64,000 nucleotides of DNA from a virus: the IMG/VR virus record IMGVR_UViG_3300023115_001620, positions 27,023 through 91,022 of that record; one strand, given 5' to 3'. Position numbers and translations under genes: made by a program. Positions 45,971 through 57,400 of the stretch are shown here, one piece after another. The notes under the pieces are model-generated. The model saw only the letters and a program-made list of their open reading frames with translations. It did not search any database and was not told the DNA's origin. Each line of letters begins with the position of its first letter. Within the stretch, counting starts at the first letter, position 1.

Positions 45971-46689
45971 TATGCAATAGATCCTAAGTCAATTGTCCTT
46001 GGGTCTGGTAAAGCAAAAGTTCCAAAATCTACATTTGCGTCTTCTAACATCCAATCAATTATACTGTTTACAGTGCGCCCTATATCTCCAAAATCAAAGT
46101 ATTGATCAAAGTATGGACCAATAGTAGATGGATCGTATCCATTTATTAAACCTGTAACATTGCCTGTAACATTACCCAAAAATGTTCTTGCTTGTATTGT
46201 GTTAACAGCTAGTATATCATTGTCGTCTGCGTCTAAGTTAGCCGAAAGTTTAGGATCTGATTCATTTTCTAGTTTATCGTTATACTTATTATTAACGTAA
46301 ATAAATCCATTATCTGCAACTTCTACGTCTATACCTATGCCGCCGTGGATTTTAATATTCTGCCCTTGAAGGTATGTTTTTTCACCGTTTTCTACTTCTA
46401 GAGTAATTTCTGTAAATGCATTTGTATCAGAAGCAATTAAAATGTCACCATTTGGAGTTGCGTCTATAAACATATTATCACCAGCAACTAGGGATTTTAA
46501 TCTAATGTCATAATTTACTATATTATCAAAAATACCTATACCTGTGCCTGTATTCGTTACAGTGGTTTTCTCATTGTCACGCAGGTCTAGATCTTCGAAA
46601 TTTCTGTTAACTTTTACAAACGCTTCACGGAGGTCATCTCCTGTACCGTCGTTTGCAATTTGCCCTATGTTTATTAATTCAATTGCCAT
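45970..46689 (-). CDS. baseplate/fibre protein with gp9/gp10-like N-terminus
   Basis: INIGQIANDGTGDDLREAFVKVNRNF. Confidence 0.75.
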   Translation of the reverse strand: MAIELINIGQIANDGTGDDLREAFVKVNRNFEDLDLRDNEKTTVTNTGTGIGIFDNIVNYDIRLKSLVAGDNMFIDATPNGDILIASDTNAFTEITLEVENGEKTYLQGQNIKIHGGIGIDVEVADNGFIYVNNKYNDKLENESDPKLSANLDADDNDILAVNTIQARTFLGNVTGNVTGLINGYDPSTIGPYFDQYFDFGDIGRTVNSIIDWMLEDANVDFGTFALPDPRTIDLGSIA

Positions 46690-46702
46690 CTATTTTTCCT
46701 AA

Positions 46703-49700
46703 TTAACTTACTGTAATGCTGTTATTCATGCCGTTGTGGATACTACACTGGTAGTAATAAGTTCCTGTTCCGTCGATTGTCCATTGCAAAGTTCCTGTAC
46801 CCTGGCCGTCTACGCCTGATGCCTGACTACCGGTACCTGCAACCTGTTGTGTTTTAATATAAAATGGGTGTGCAGAAGCTGTGCTTGCATCAACATTAAA
46901 CTGTACTTTATCACCGTCGTTGTATGCTAGTGTTGGTTGGAACTGGTTATTAAATGTTCCATTTCTGTCCTCACCACTCATGTAGTAATTGTTACCTGCA
47001 TTAGTAACAGTAATCTGATAATCTGGTACAAATGCAGGTGTTAAAGAAGTATCATTAATTGTTACATTTACAGATGCAGTCGGTCCACCTTCAAGTGAAA
47101 GTTGGAAAAATTCATCTCCTTCAGTCACACTATCTTCAACAAATGTAAAGGAAGTAGAAGCACTACCATTTGAGTCTAACACAAAAGCACCAGTTAAACT
47201 ACCTGCTGATATATCCCCCTCTGATATTCCTGTAACTGAATAAGCAATACTGTCACCTTCGTTTCTTCCTGTGGTTGTTAATGTAATAGTTAACGATTCA
47301 CCTTCGTCAACTGACACTGCACTAGGTGTCAGATTGTAAGTTGGAGCAAGGGATGTATCATTGATTGTAATATCAATACTTGTTCCCGGCCCATCTAGTG
47401 TGAGCGTCATAGTTTCTGTACCTTCAGTTGCTACATCCTCAGCAAAAGTAAATGTAAGTTCGTCAGTGTTATTAACAATTGTAAAGTTACCTGTCAAATC
47501 ACCAGCACTTAAATCATTCGCATCAATACCAGTGATTGTATAAGCAACAGGATCACCGGTTGTAATATTAGTTGTCGTTAGAGTAATAGTAACACTATCT
47601 CCTTCATTAACTGTTGTGCTGTCAGCTGTTAGTGTAAATTGCGCTTCAGGAGTCAAACTTGTATCCTTTATCACAACTGATATTTCATCTGCACCGTTAT
47701 TCAGCGTTAGAGTAAAATTATCGTCTCCTTCTGTGGTTGCATCCTCTGTTGTTTGGATCACTACTGATGCAGTGTTATTCAAGATAGTAAAACTTCCACT
47801 TGTAGGCGCTCCGTTGATGTCTGCAGAAGTGACACCTGTGATAGTGTAAGGCACAATTGTTGTATCAGGAATATTTAAAGTATCTAACGTAATAGTAAAG
47901 TTTTGTCCTTCGTTAACTTCGTTTGCAGTTGTAGATAAATTATATGCTTGTGAACCAGCTGTGCTTGTATCTGAAATTGTTATTGAAATACTGTCTTCGC
48001 CGTTTACAAGCGAAAATATTAGTGTTTCTAAACCTTCTGTAGTTGCATCCTCTGAAATTCTTAATATAATAGAAGCAGTATTATTTTGGATGTTTAGATT
48101 ACCACTCAAACTTTCTCCAGCAATATCTTCGCTAGATACGCCAGAGATCAAATATGCAACATTAGTATTATCATCAACATATTCTGTTGTAAGTGTAATT
48201 GTAACATCATCACCTTCAGATACATTTGGAACACTTGCTGATAATGTATATGTAGGAGTGACTGCTACACTTGTATCATTAATTGTAACATCTACAAATT
48301 GTGGTTCATTGTCTAAACTTAATCTAAATGTTTCTGGACCTTCAGTTGTCAAATCAGCACTAACATTGATATTTAATGTTGCAGTTCCTAGTAAAACATT
48401 AAAATTACCTGTCAAACTTTCGTCGTCTATATCTGAAGAAGAAACGCCTGAAATTGTGTATGGAATCTGTACTCCGTCTGCTACATTTGTTGTTGTAAGT
48501 GTAATTGTAAACGAGCCGCCTTCGTTTACAGATACTGTAGATACTTGCAGGTTATAAGTCGGATTAAGTGTGCCTTCTTTGTCAACATCGCCTATCAGCA
48601 TTTGTGTTGCAGAGTTAAATTTATTATAGGCAAAAAGATTAGGACCACCTTTTATACTGCGCTCGTCGCCATAATCGTTATCTAAACCTGTTGTGTAAAT
48701 TTTACTACTACCAGCATTATTTGTTAAGAAATTCAACATTTCAGAAGTAGTAATGTCTGGTTGTATCTGTGCATACAATGCTGCTATACCAGCAACTTGA
48801 GGTGCAGCCATTGATGTACCGCTAATATTCATTATTTTAAAACTTGAATTACTAGGATAATCTCCATCTACAAATTTGTTCACTGTACTAGATGCACTCA
48901 TTATATTCGTGCCAGGAGCATAAATGTTTACACCAGGACCTGATTCCGAACTTACTGCTTTTTGTTCTTTGCCACTCGAATGTATTGAACTATCGATATT
49001 TCCTACCATGAAGGCATTTTGGCTGTGCGGCGAACCTCCTCTATTATAATATCTTGCTCCAAAGAAAGAATCATTAAAAAAGTTATCGTAATCTGCTCCT
49101 CCGGGAACGTCTATCTTCTGGAAACTATTGCCTGCTGCGATACATACATGGACTCCTGCCTCTATAAGTTCTTCAAGGTCAACATCTACCGAAGCTACTC
49201 TAACTCCAAAACGATATCCTGCGCCATCGAACGTGCCTATCATTCCGTAATCTGTGCGTCTAGTGGAGCCTGACCAAGGTGTTCCTCTATATGTTCCGCC
49301 ACTTATACGTGTAAAGTATGTACCATATCCCCAACTCATGTTTACTATTGTAGGACGTTTTGCACCTGTAGCAGCATCTGCTGGTTTATTATTGTGCCAC
49401 TCTTTTATCACATCAAAACAGTCACTAACATCTATACCGGTGCCCGAATCACCGGAACCTTCTAAGCCTGCAACCTTTACACTATAGATTCTAGCATTTT
49501 TCGCCCAACCATAAGTAAGTCCTGCGGCTATACCTGCGCAATGTGTTCCGTGACCATCATAATCTCTGTAATGATTACTACTTTGTGTACCTGGTAAACC
49601 ACTTGCAGAATACCAATCAATTTGCTGCACACGTGAGGTTCCAGAATAATTTTCAAATTCTGGATGATCTACTTGAATACCACTGTCTTGTATAACAATA

Positions 49701-50110
49701 TCAACTCCTGTGCCATCCAATGTATGATTATATTCTGATGGACCAGCATTACCAATATAAGGATTATCTATAAAATTACAACGAGCAAGACCCCAGTTTA
49801 TAAAGTCGCCTGAATCAGAACTAGTTTTAGTAAAATCGCCTGGTTGTGAAGTCAATCTTACCATTTCTATGTCGTCTCTTAGATCAGGACGTAATTCGCA
49901 TGCTAACACTCTTGGATCATTATTTAATGCAGCAGCTTCTGCATCAGTTAAACTATAATGAGTATTACGCTGGGATCCTGGGCGAGCATTTGCAACTTCT
50001 ACTGCACGACCTGGAATTGCTCCTGCACCTGTTGTTGCAATCATCTCTTGATTAAATGCTTCGTAGTCTACGCCTTTGTTTAAACTTACTATGTATTCTC
50101 TTTCGCTCAT
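46703..50110 (-). CDS. subtilisin-like (S8) protease with five Calx-beta/Ig-like repeats and C-terminal cupredoxin
   Basis: Triad IQDSG, HGTHCAG, GTSMAAP, oxyanion AAGN; five ~100 aa repeats; HPF...YYYQCSIHNGM. Confidence 0.88.
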   Translation of the reverse strand: MSEREYIVSLNKGVDYEAFNQEMIATTGAGAIPGRAVEVANARPGSQRNTHYSLTDAEAAALNNDPRVLACELRPDLRDDIEMVRLTSQPGDFTKTSSDSGDFINWGLARCNFIDNPYIGNAGPSEYNHTLDGTGVDIVIQDSGIQVDHPEFENYSGTSRVQQIDWYSASGLPGTQSSNHYRDYDGHGTHCAGIAAGLTYGWAKNARIYSVKVAGLEGSGDSGTGIDVSDCFDVIKEWHNNKPADAATGAKRPTIVNMSWGYGTYFTRISGGTYRGTPWSGSTRRTDYGMIGTFDGAGYRFGVRVASVDVDLEELIEAGVHVCIAAGNSFQKIDVPGGADYDNFFNDSFFGARYYNRGGSPHSQNAFMVGNIDSSIHSSGKEQKAVSSESGPGVNIYAPGTNIMSASSTVNKFVDGDYPSNSSFKIMNISGTSMAAPQVAGIAALYAQIQPDITTSEMLNFLTNNAGSSKIYTTGLDNDYGDERSIKGGPNLFAYNKFNSATQMLIGDVDKEGTLNPTYNLQVSTVSVNEGGSFTITLTTTNVADGVQIPYTISGVSSSDIDDESLTGNFNVLLGTATLNINVSADLTTEGPETFRLSLDNEPQFVDVTINDTSVAVTPTYTLSASVPNVSEGDDVTITLTTEYVDDNTNVAYLISGVSSEDIAGESLSGNLNIQNNTASIILRISEDATTEGLETLIFSLVNGEDSISITISDTSTAGSQAYNLSTTANEVNEGQNFTITLDTLNIPDTTIVPYTITGVTSADINGAPTSGSFTILNNTASVVIQTTEDATTEGDDNFTLTLNNGADEISVVIKDTSLTPEAQFTLTADSTTVNEGDSVTITLTTTNITTGDPVAYTITGIDANDLSAGDLTGNFTIVNNTDELTFTFAEDVATEGTETMTLTLDGPGTSIDITINDTSLAPTYNLTPSAVSVDEGESLTITLTTTGRNEGDSIAYSVTGISEGDISAGSLTGAFVLDSNGSASTSFTFVEDSVTEGDEFFQLSLEGGPTASVNVTINDTSLTPAFVPDYQITVTNAGNNYYMSGEDRNGTFNNQFQPTLAYNDGDKVQFNVDASTASAHPFYIKTQQVAGTGSQASGVDGQGTGTLQWTIDGTGTYYYQCSIHNGMNNSITVS

Positions 50111-50122
50111 TTTAAATTCCTA

Positions 50123-52711
50123 TTAATATAAAGGCTGCCATACAGCACCGTCGTAATAAACTGGATAACTTCTTCCTGATCCTTTTGCCGCAGGATCCCA
50201 AGTTACTCTGTCCGCAGCAACGACCATTCCATCTATTGGATTTTCTGGTTCAATTGCTAACGGTGTTAAATTCATAAAGTCAGTAAACATCGCATAATTC
50301 ACCGCGTCAACCATTGGACTACTGTCATCTGCAAACACACTACCTTGTACATCTCCTGTAAACGATGCACCAGCTGTTAAGTAACCTGCAAGTGAATGAT
50401 CGCCCCAGCTATACGCTGTATCCCAATTTGTTGCATTAGCTGTAGCTGTGTTAACATCTGCTGTAGTTGCATAACCTGCACCTGCATGGTCTCCCCAGCT
50501 ATAAGCAGTATCCCAATTTGTGCTGTCCTCAACATTTGCTTTTGGTATTACATTGTTTACAGCATCTACTAATATTGTACTGTCGTCGCCAACTACACTA
50601 CCTTTGATATCACCTACTATTCCGCCATTTGCATTTAATGTATCGCTAAACGGCGTGCCAAATAATCTAACAGCGTCTGCAAGCAAATTAATAGTAGTAT
50701 TTGTACCTTGCGGGCTTAAAGTAATACCGTTGTTGTTGCCTGCTGCTGTTGTAATTTGTATACTATCGTCTGCTGTAATATTGTTTACAAATAGAGCCGT
50801 ATTAAAACTTACATCGCCTGCAATATTTGTTGTGCTACCTGCATGTCCAATGTTGATTGTTGTTGCTGTTGCACCCATATTAAGTGTAGAATTATCAATA
50901 TCACCAGTTAAATCGCCTACAAAATAAGCACCGTCAAGGGCTGTAAATGCACCTGCTGTTTTAAATTCTAAAGAAGGATTTGGACCTGCATCTAAATAAG
51001 GTCCTGTAAGCCATGTGTGAGTTTCTGCTTGTGTTTGAACAACTGTGTCGCTACCGTACGGATTAATGAAAATAGTGTTGCCAGTATCAGTAGTTGCGCC
51101 TGCCTTTATTTGTAATGGTCCAGGACCGTTAGTATCAACTAATGAAACATTTATTCCTATACCTGCAAAACTTGTAGCATGCATAGTATTGTTGACCGCA
51201 TCTACCATTACAGACGAATCATCTGAAAATACTGATCCTGTAACATCGCCTGTATGATAACCTGTAGTGTTACCTATAACATCACCTGCAAATGTAGCAT
51301 CTATTCCATTTGTGCCACTATTAAGAACTGTCACTCCGTTGAGAGCTTTAACATCTCCTGTAACATCTCCTGACACATTTCCTGTAACATCGCCAAGTAA
51401 GTCGCCTGTTACATTTCCGTAAACTCTTGCAACATTTAATTCTTTATTAAAGTTCCATCTATCATCAACACTTGTATATGTGAGTGCTGCACCTGAACCG
51501 TCAACACTAAGACCTGCACCATTGGCGGCATTTGCGTCTGCTGCTCCACTTGCAACTACAACATTAAGATCGTCTACTGTTAGTGTTGTACTGTTAATTT
51601 CTGTTGTTGTGCCCTGTATTGTAAGATTACCATTTACAACAACATCGTCTTCAAAAAACGCAGGACCAGCTATTGTGGGTGTAATTATTTTTCCTGCAAC
51701 ACCATCTATTATGACTGTGCTGTTATCTGAAACTACAGAACCTGTTAAGTCTCCAACAAAGCCACCACTTGCATTTATAGGCTGTACTACATCTCCGATG
51801 AATCTTATTTTATCAGCAGTAATGTTTACTTCACCTGTTGCTGCTGGTTGAATGTTTATTAGTTCTTGTTGATTATTACCGCTTGTTGTAAGTGTTAATC
51901 CTCCTATACCTGATATAGGTGTAATCATTGTAAGATTACTTGTGCGTGATCCTGTAAGGTCTAAAGAAGTTGTGATAGATGCATTTGTAGCATTCACGTC
52001 ACCTGCTGTGACTGTTGTACTAGTTGTTGTTGCGTTTTCAACATTACCAACAACTAAACTGCTTATTCCATCTATAAGCATAGATGAGTCGTCACCGAAT
52101 ACAGATCCTTGTAGATCACTTACAAATGGTGCACTGCTAAATAAACTACCTAGTTGATCATCTAAATCCTCTATTCTTAAAAAACCAATATCGTCTGTAA
52201 ATTCAGATAAAAATTGAGGAGCGCCGCCTAGTGCAGCATATGAAATCAAACCTGTTGTAGAATTGAAAACAACACTTCCTGACTCGTCAACTAGATTACC
52301 TACTAAATTAACTGCTCTTACTCTGCTCCAAGCTCTTTCATCTGTACCTATATTGCCTGTAAAAGTTGTTTCTGGTTCTATATCGCCTGAGCCGACAATG
52401 TTCTGTACATTAATAGTACCTAGATCACCCAATGGCCTATATTCGATTCCGTCACCGTTGGAATTTACTTTTACAAAAAAGTTTTCTGCGTCTTCGAATG
52501 TTGCAGGTGTATCAATTAAATCTGAAAACCCTACAGGTTTTACTGGAAAGCCTCGCACTAATAATTCTGAAGTGCTGATAGTTCCACTAGAATTAATATC
52601 ATTAACGCTTATTATACTACTATTTGTAAGATCTAGATTATCACCGTCGGGCAATTCCTTAATTTTATTGCCGTCTGTAGTGTCTAATACTAGGGGAAAT
52701 CTATTTGCCAT
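50123..52711 (-). CDS. tail fibre-like structural protein
   Basis: Five GSVxxD[D/N]S repeats, GDVT repeats, two NWDTAYSWGDH repeats; late-like promoter 52735-52740. Confidence 0.75.
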   Translation of the reverse strand: MANRFPLVLDTTDGNKIKELPDGDNLDLTNSSIISVNDINSSGTISTSELLVRGFPVKPVGFSDLIDTPATFEDAENFFVKVNSNGDGIEYRPLGDLGTINVQNIVGSGDIEPETTFTGNIGTDERAWSRVRAVNLVGNLVDESGSVVFNSTTGLISYAALGGAPQFLSEFTDDIGFLRIEDLDDQLGSLFSSAPFVSDLQGSVFGDDSSMLIDGISSLVVGNVENATTTSTTVTAGDVNATNASITTSLDLTGSRTSNLTMITPISGIGGLTLTTSGNNQQELINIQPAATGEVNITADKIRFIGDVVQPINASGGFVGDLTGSVVSDNSTVIIDGVAGKIITPTIAGPAFFEDDVVVNGNLTIQGTTTEINSTTLTVDDLNVVVASGAADANAANGAGLSVDGSGAALTYTSVDDRWNFNKELNVARVYGNVTGDLLGDVTGNVSGDVTGDVKALNGVTVLNSGTNGIDATFAGDVIGNTTGYHTGDVTGSVFSDDSSVMVDAVNNTMHATSFAGIGINVSLVDTNGPGPLQIKAGATTDTGNTIFINPYGSDTVVQTQAETHTWLTGPYLDAGPNPSLEFKTAGAFTALDGAYFVGDLTGDIDNSTLNMGATATTINIGHAGSTTNIAGDVSFNTALFVNNITADDSIQITTAAGNNNGITLSPQGTNTTINLLADAVRLFGTPFSDTLNANGGIVGDIKGSVVGDDSTILVDAVNNVIPKANVEDSTNWDTAYSWGDHAGAGYATTADVNTATANATNWDTAYSWGDHSLAGYLTAGASFTGDVQGSVFADDSSPMVDAVNYAMFTDFMNLTPLAIEPENPIDGMVVAADRVTWDPAAKGSGRSYPVYYDGAVWQPLY

Positions 52712-52751
52712 TCTCTAAATCCTATTGTTATACATATTTATCGTAATCAAC

Positions 52752-54329
52752 TTATACGCCACCTTGTGCAATTTGTCTCCAAGCACCTGCTAGATACACT
52801 ACCATAGTTTGTGCAGCGTTTGACATTGGATCCCAACTTGTACCATCTGCAACTGCAACCATTCCGTTTACTGGACTACTAGGCTCTGCTGTTAATACAG
52901 GTAATGTAAGTGTGTCTGTAAATGTTGTACCGCTAGGTAAACCGTTTGCTTGTATTGCTCCGCCTACAATTGGTGCGTAATCTAAATCGTTTGTAAAATC
53001 TGAAAGTGCTGTTGGAATATCAGCTGTTAGTGCAAGTGTGCCATCTGCGTCTGGTAGTCTTACAGTTCTGTTTGCTGTTGGATCAACAACTTCTAATCTT
53101 GTATCAAATCCATCTGTAGTAGAGCCTTCAAAGTTTATGTAAGCGTTTTTACGAAGCATAATAAAACTATTATCTTCCATTGTAAGATTAGTAGTAAGGC
53201 TTATGCCGTTTCCTGGATACCAGTTACTATCTATGTCGTCCCAAATCAAAGGTTGCATACTTCTGCTTGGTGCTATAGTTGCTGTATCAACATCTGTAAG
53301 GTCATTAATTTCTGTTGCGCCAGCGGCAGGTAATCCTGTAACAGTTGAACCTGTAAAGTCTACTGAACCTCCACTTACAAAATCAACTGCACCATACATT
53401 GTGGTTGCTACGCCGCTTTGGCTGTCTAGTGCAATGTGTGTGCTTTCTGCACCTGTTGTTTTACTTGACAGATACATTGTTTTATCTGCGTGACCTATAA
53501 AGGTTGCTGCTTCAACAATACCAAATGCACCATCACTAACTTTTACTCTACCTGAACCGTGTGGTGTAATATTAATATCATTATTAGTACCAGAAGACAA
53601 GTCTAAATTTGCTGATGCAACAATCTGTATAGGACCTGGACCAGTAGAGCCACCATTTGAAATAGTTAAGTAATTGTCACTTGCTGCCATCCAGTTTGTG
53701 CTAGATATAGTGCCTGTAACCTCGCCAGTAATTTTGCCATTCACACCATCTACTAACAATGTTGAATCATCAGCAAACACACTACCTTGTAAATCACCTA
53801 CTGGTAAGTGCTGTTGTGCTGCTATTGCTGCGTCAACTTCTACTTTGGTATATGTTGTTGCTTGTGGTGCATATCCTGCTGTTGAATGATCACCCCAACC
53901 AAACGCTGTGTCCCAGTTTGCTTCATTAGTACCATCTGCATAACCTGCTGTGCTATGATCACCCCAACCAAACGCTGTGTCCCAGTTAGTTGCTTCTGTG
54001 CCTGATATATTTGCACTTGGGATAACGCCGTTTACACCATCTACAAGTAATGTTGAATCATCACCAAATACGCTACCTTGCAAATCTGTTACTGCTTGAT
54101 CAACTGTAAAAATTATTTGGTCTGCGTCATCGTCTCTTGTAACTGTAACGTTAGTATGATTGTTGTGTACAAGCATTGGAGCAATAACGTCATCTGTATC
54201 AACTTCGTCTGCGCCGAGTAAAGCATATACTTCAGTAAAATTGTCATTAATTTTAGTAAAAGCAGTGCGTAAAGGATCTCCGTCGCCTTTATTTGGGCTT
54301 GTACCTAAATCAATTGTTTTTAGTGCCAT
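52752..54329 (-). CDS. tail fibre-like protein with gp9/gp10-like N-terminus
   Basis: DLGTSPNKGDGDPLRTAFTKINDNF; shares repeats and C-terminal domain with 50123..52711. Confidence 0.75.
   Translation of the reverse strand: MALKTIDLGTSPNKGDGDPLRTAFTKINDNFTEVYALLGADEVDTDDVIAPMLVHNNHTNVTVTRDDDADQIIFTVDQAVTDLQGSVFGDDSTLLVDGVNGVIPSANISGTEATNWDTAFGWGDHSTAGYADGTNEANWDTAFGWGDHSTAGYAPQATTYTKVEVDAAIAAQQHLPVGDLQGSVFADDSTLLVDGVNGKITGEVTGTISSTNWMAASDNYLTISNGGSTGPGPIQIVASANLDLSSGTNNDINITPHGSGRVKVSDGAFGIVEAATFIGHADKTMYLSSKTTGAESTHIALDSQSGVATTMYGAVDFVSGGSVDFTGSTVTGLPAAGATEINDLTDVDTATIAPSRSMQPLIWDDIDSNWYPGNGISLTTNLTMEDNSFIMLRKNAYINFEGSTTDGFDTRLEVVDPTANRTVRLPDADGTLALTADIPTALSDFTNDLDYAPIVGGAIQANGLPSGTTFTDTLTLPVLTAEPSSPVNGMVAVADGTSWDPMSNAAQTMVVYLAGAWRQIAQGGV
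53886..53987. repeat. 33 bp direct repeat (69 bp period) encoding NWDTAFGWGDH
   Basis: atgatcaccccaaccaaacgctgtgtcccagtt at 53886-53918 and 53955-53987. Confidence 0.85.
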
Positions 54330-54462
54330 TTGGATCTCCTTTTGCTACTTGTATTCTTAATTTGCCCGCAGTAGCTACTACTTGTCTAGTCTGTGGATTC
54401 TTAGTGTCTAAGGAAACTTTCGCACCTTTTGACACTAAGTTTTTTATATCTTTTTGATGCAT
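54310..54462 (-). CDS. small basic hypothetical protein (50 aa)
   Basis: Manual translation MHQKDIKNLVSKGAKV...GTKNN; TAATG coupling. Confidence 0.5.
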   Translation of the reverse strand: MHQKDIKNLVSKGAKVSLDTKNPQTRQVVATAGKLRIQVAKGDPNGTKNN

Positions 54463-57400
54463 TATAGTCTCCCTACAACAATTTCAATTACACCTTTATC
54501 TAAATCGTCTTTGTTTTCTAATGCTTTCCCTATTACTGTACCAATTTGTGGTAAAGATGATGCAATAGCATATCCTGGTATAGCACTTGTTACAAGCATG
54601 TCTCCTTTTTCAACTTTGCCTATAACCTTACATGGAACACGACCAGTAAGTGCTACTGCTGTAACATTTTCTGCTTCTAGATGGCTGTTCATTAGGTATG
54701 CAGGATTTGTAGAAACAACACCAGCAACCTTATTGCTTAACTTGTCTGTGCTTTGTGTAACTTCATTTTCTCCGCCAAACACAAGCACTGTACCAGGTTC
54801 ATAATCTGCATCGGCAACATAGTTTTCTGCCAAGTCAGCATAGTAAGCTTCTGTTGCTGTACCTCTAAATAGTGTAGCATAAACATCTTTATACTTGTAT
54901 GTTGCACTACCAATATCATAAGTGTTGTCAGTGTCAGGTACAATTCTTGCGCTATCAACTATAATAGGTAGTACGGAACTGCTAGTTGCAGAGTCTGCAA
55001 CAACAATACCAACTTGACCTCCAACAGTTACACCAGTATTTGCACCAATAGCAAGTCCTGTTGATGCAGGACCTTTTTCACCAGGTGCTTCTATGAATGA
55101 ACTGTAAATCCAATCAACTGCTAATACTTTTTCGCCATTGAAGTTTGAAAGTCCTTGTAGTGTACTTTCAGTAACGCCAGTGCCGCTTATATTCACACTA
55201 CCTGCTATGCTGATATCTGGATATGTAGGTGCTACATATCCTGGATCACTTGGATTTCCGCCAGTACCAGCACTACCACCTGCTGCACGGAGTATTTCAC
55301 CTTGTGATGGAGTTTTGAGTACAACTGTAGTCCCGTCTAGTGATAAAACTTCATAAGTGCTGTCACCGCCTAGTATAAGTGAGTTAGCCTGAACACTACC
55401 GTTAGCGTCTGTTTTAACAATTGAATTAACTTCTCCTGAAATAGTTACATTGGATATACCGTATGTACTTTCACCTGTTTTGATAAGAGCTTCACCAGGA
55501 TCTTCTGAATCGAGAACCTCTACTATAAAGTCTTCATCAGCTAAGCCACCGCCTTCTGAAATTACTGTGCTAAACGGAATTTGATCTATATCATTATCTG
55601 AACTATCACCTGCATAGTTACCTAGCACAGTCCCGTCATTAATTCTTTGAATTTTCTGTAAAGGCATTTGGCCGTTGGCAATAGTTACAAAGCCATTAGT
55701 AGTAGTAAATAATGCGTCATCAAATGCTGCTACTCCAAGATCATTTTGTGTAATGCCAGTAGCATCTGCTCTCGTTGTTGCTGCATTCAAATTAAGTTTA
55801 GTTTGTGATATATTAGCTGCGCCGAATACATCGTCGTTAACAATTGCATTTGGCTTGAGTTGTAAGTTTATAGTAGTAAAGCGATCAGTTACAACTCCGC
55901 CAACTTCAGTAACTTCTTTGTTGGTAAGTATTTCAATATCTGATGATGCACTTAACACACCATTTACCCATTCATCAACTGGTCCGTCAACAACAAGACC
56001 TTCTGCTCCGCCTGCAACAACTAACACATCTGGATCAGCTGATATACCTACAGGTTTGCCATCACTTATTTCACCAGTTAATGGTGTATAGGTTATTTCT
56101 ACAAGATCGCCTTCATATCCAGTTACATCTTGGACGTCTACAATTTGTCCTGTAGCACCAGTAATTGTTCCAGTAAAGTTGTCTCCTCTACTAAAAGGTC
56201 CTGATACAACAGAAGATCCTAATACAAATATTTTTTTGTATTCTGTTGAAACAAGCAATTGATCTTGATCAAAACTTTGATACTGCAAACTACGCAAGTC
56301 TTTAATTTCGTCCTGAACACCTCTGCCTTCGTCAACATAATTTTTAGTTGCAGCATCTGATGAACTATCAGGCTCTTTTATGTTTGTAATAGTATTGCCT
56401 GCTGCGTTTAAATCATCTGTCATAGGAACAGCACCGTTAGGAGCAAGTACACCTGGACCTAATTTGTTAGCAACTGGTGTACCGTTTACATCGTAACCTA
56501 GTCGTCTGTTTACATAACCACGCACAGCAAGTTCAGTTGGAACTGTGTCAGCTGCGTTATCTGTCATTGCAGTATCAGTTGAGAATTCAGTGACAACAAC
56601 ACCACGCTTAAATCCTAGACCGTCAACATCTGAAAGTGCTAGTGATGCACTAAATGTAACTGTACCAGTACCTTGGTCAACGCTAAAGAATCTACCAACT
56701 CTAAAGATACCGTTTTGGTCTGTTGAAACATAGAACACACGCCCCTTACCACGTTCGTCAACTTCTTTAGCCTGATCTTTTTCCGAAGGCTCACCAAAAA
56801 TGACAGTTGGATAGTTTGATTCGTTAAATCCGCCTGAACCAACATCTAAGAAGTCATGTGATGTAGCACGACATGTTGATATGTTTACAGTTACAGTGCC
56901 TGTTGCTCCTGCTTGTAGGCCACATCTTAACGTAACAAGTTCTGATCCTAAAACTACAGGTGTCCCTAAACCATCTGCGAGTGTAGGACCTGGTTGAACA
57001 AAGTCTTCTAAGTTAACACTGTCTATAGCAACAATATCAACTATACCGTATTCGTTATCTTCTGCAACCGGAACTATTGTGTCAGTTTCGTCTACACCTC
57101 TATAGTTGAATACATAAAACTTTTTACCTTCCCATACAACTATAGGTGCTTCAGTTAGTGTATCTGCTGTCCAGCCCACAGGTCTGTTTGATTCTGGAGT
57201 TCTTGCGTTATTATTTAAACGGAATACTTCGTTGCTGTCAACTGTTGACTGCACAGCAATTACTGTGTCGCCTATAGTTCCGCCTTTTGTAGTTCCTGTC
57301 CCTGCTAGAGGTACTTCTTGTGCTTTTGCAGTATTGATAATTAATCTAATGTAATCATAAGTTGAATCAAATCCTGATTGTAGCTCGTCATTTTCTAGTT

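Noticed and set aside
53886-53987. 33 bp direct repeats with a 36 bp spacer resembling a mini CRISPR array
   Set aside because: Only two copies, in frame inside a fibre gene, encoding a peptide repeat also found diverged at 50401-50520; no cas genes.
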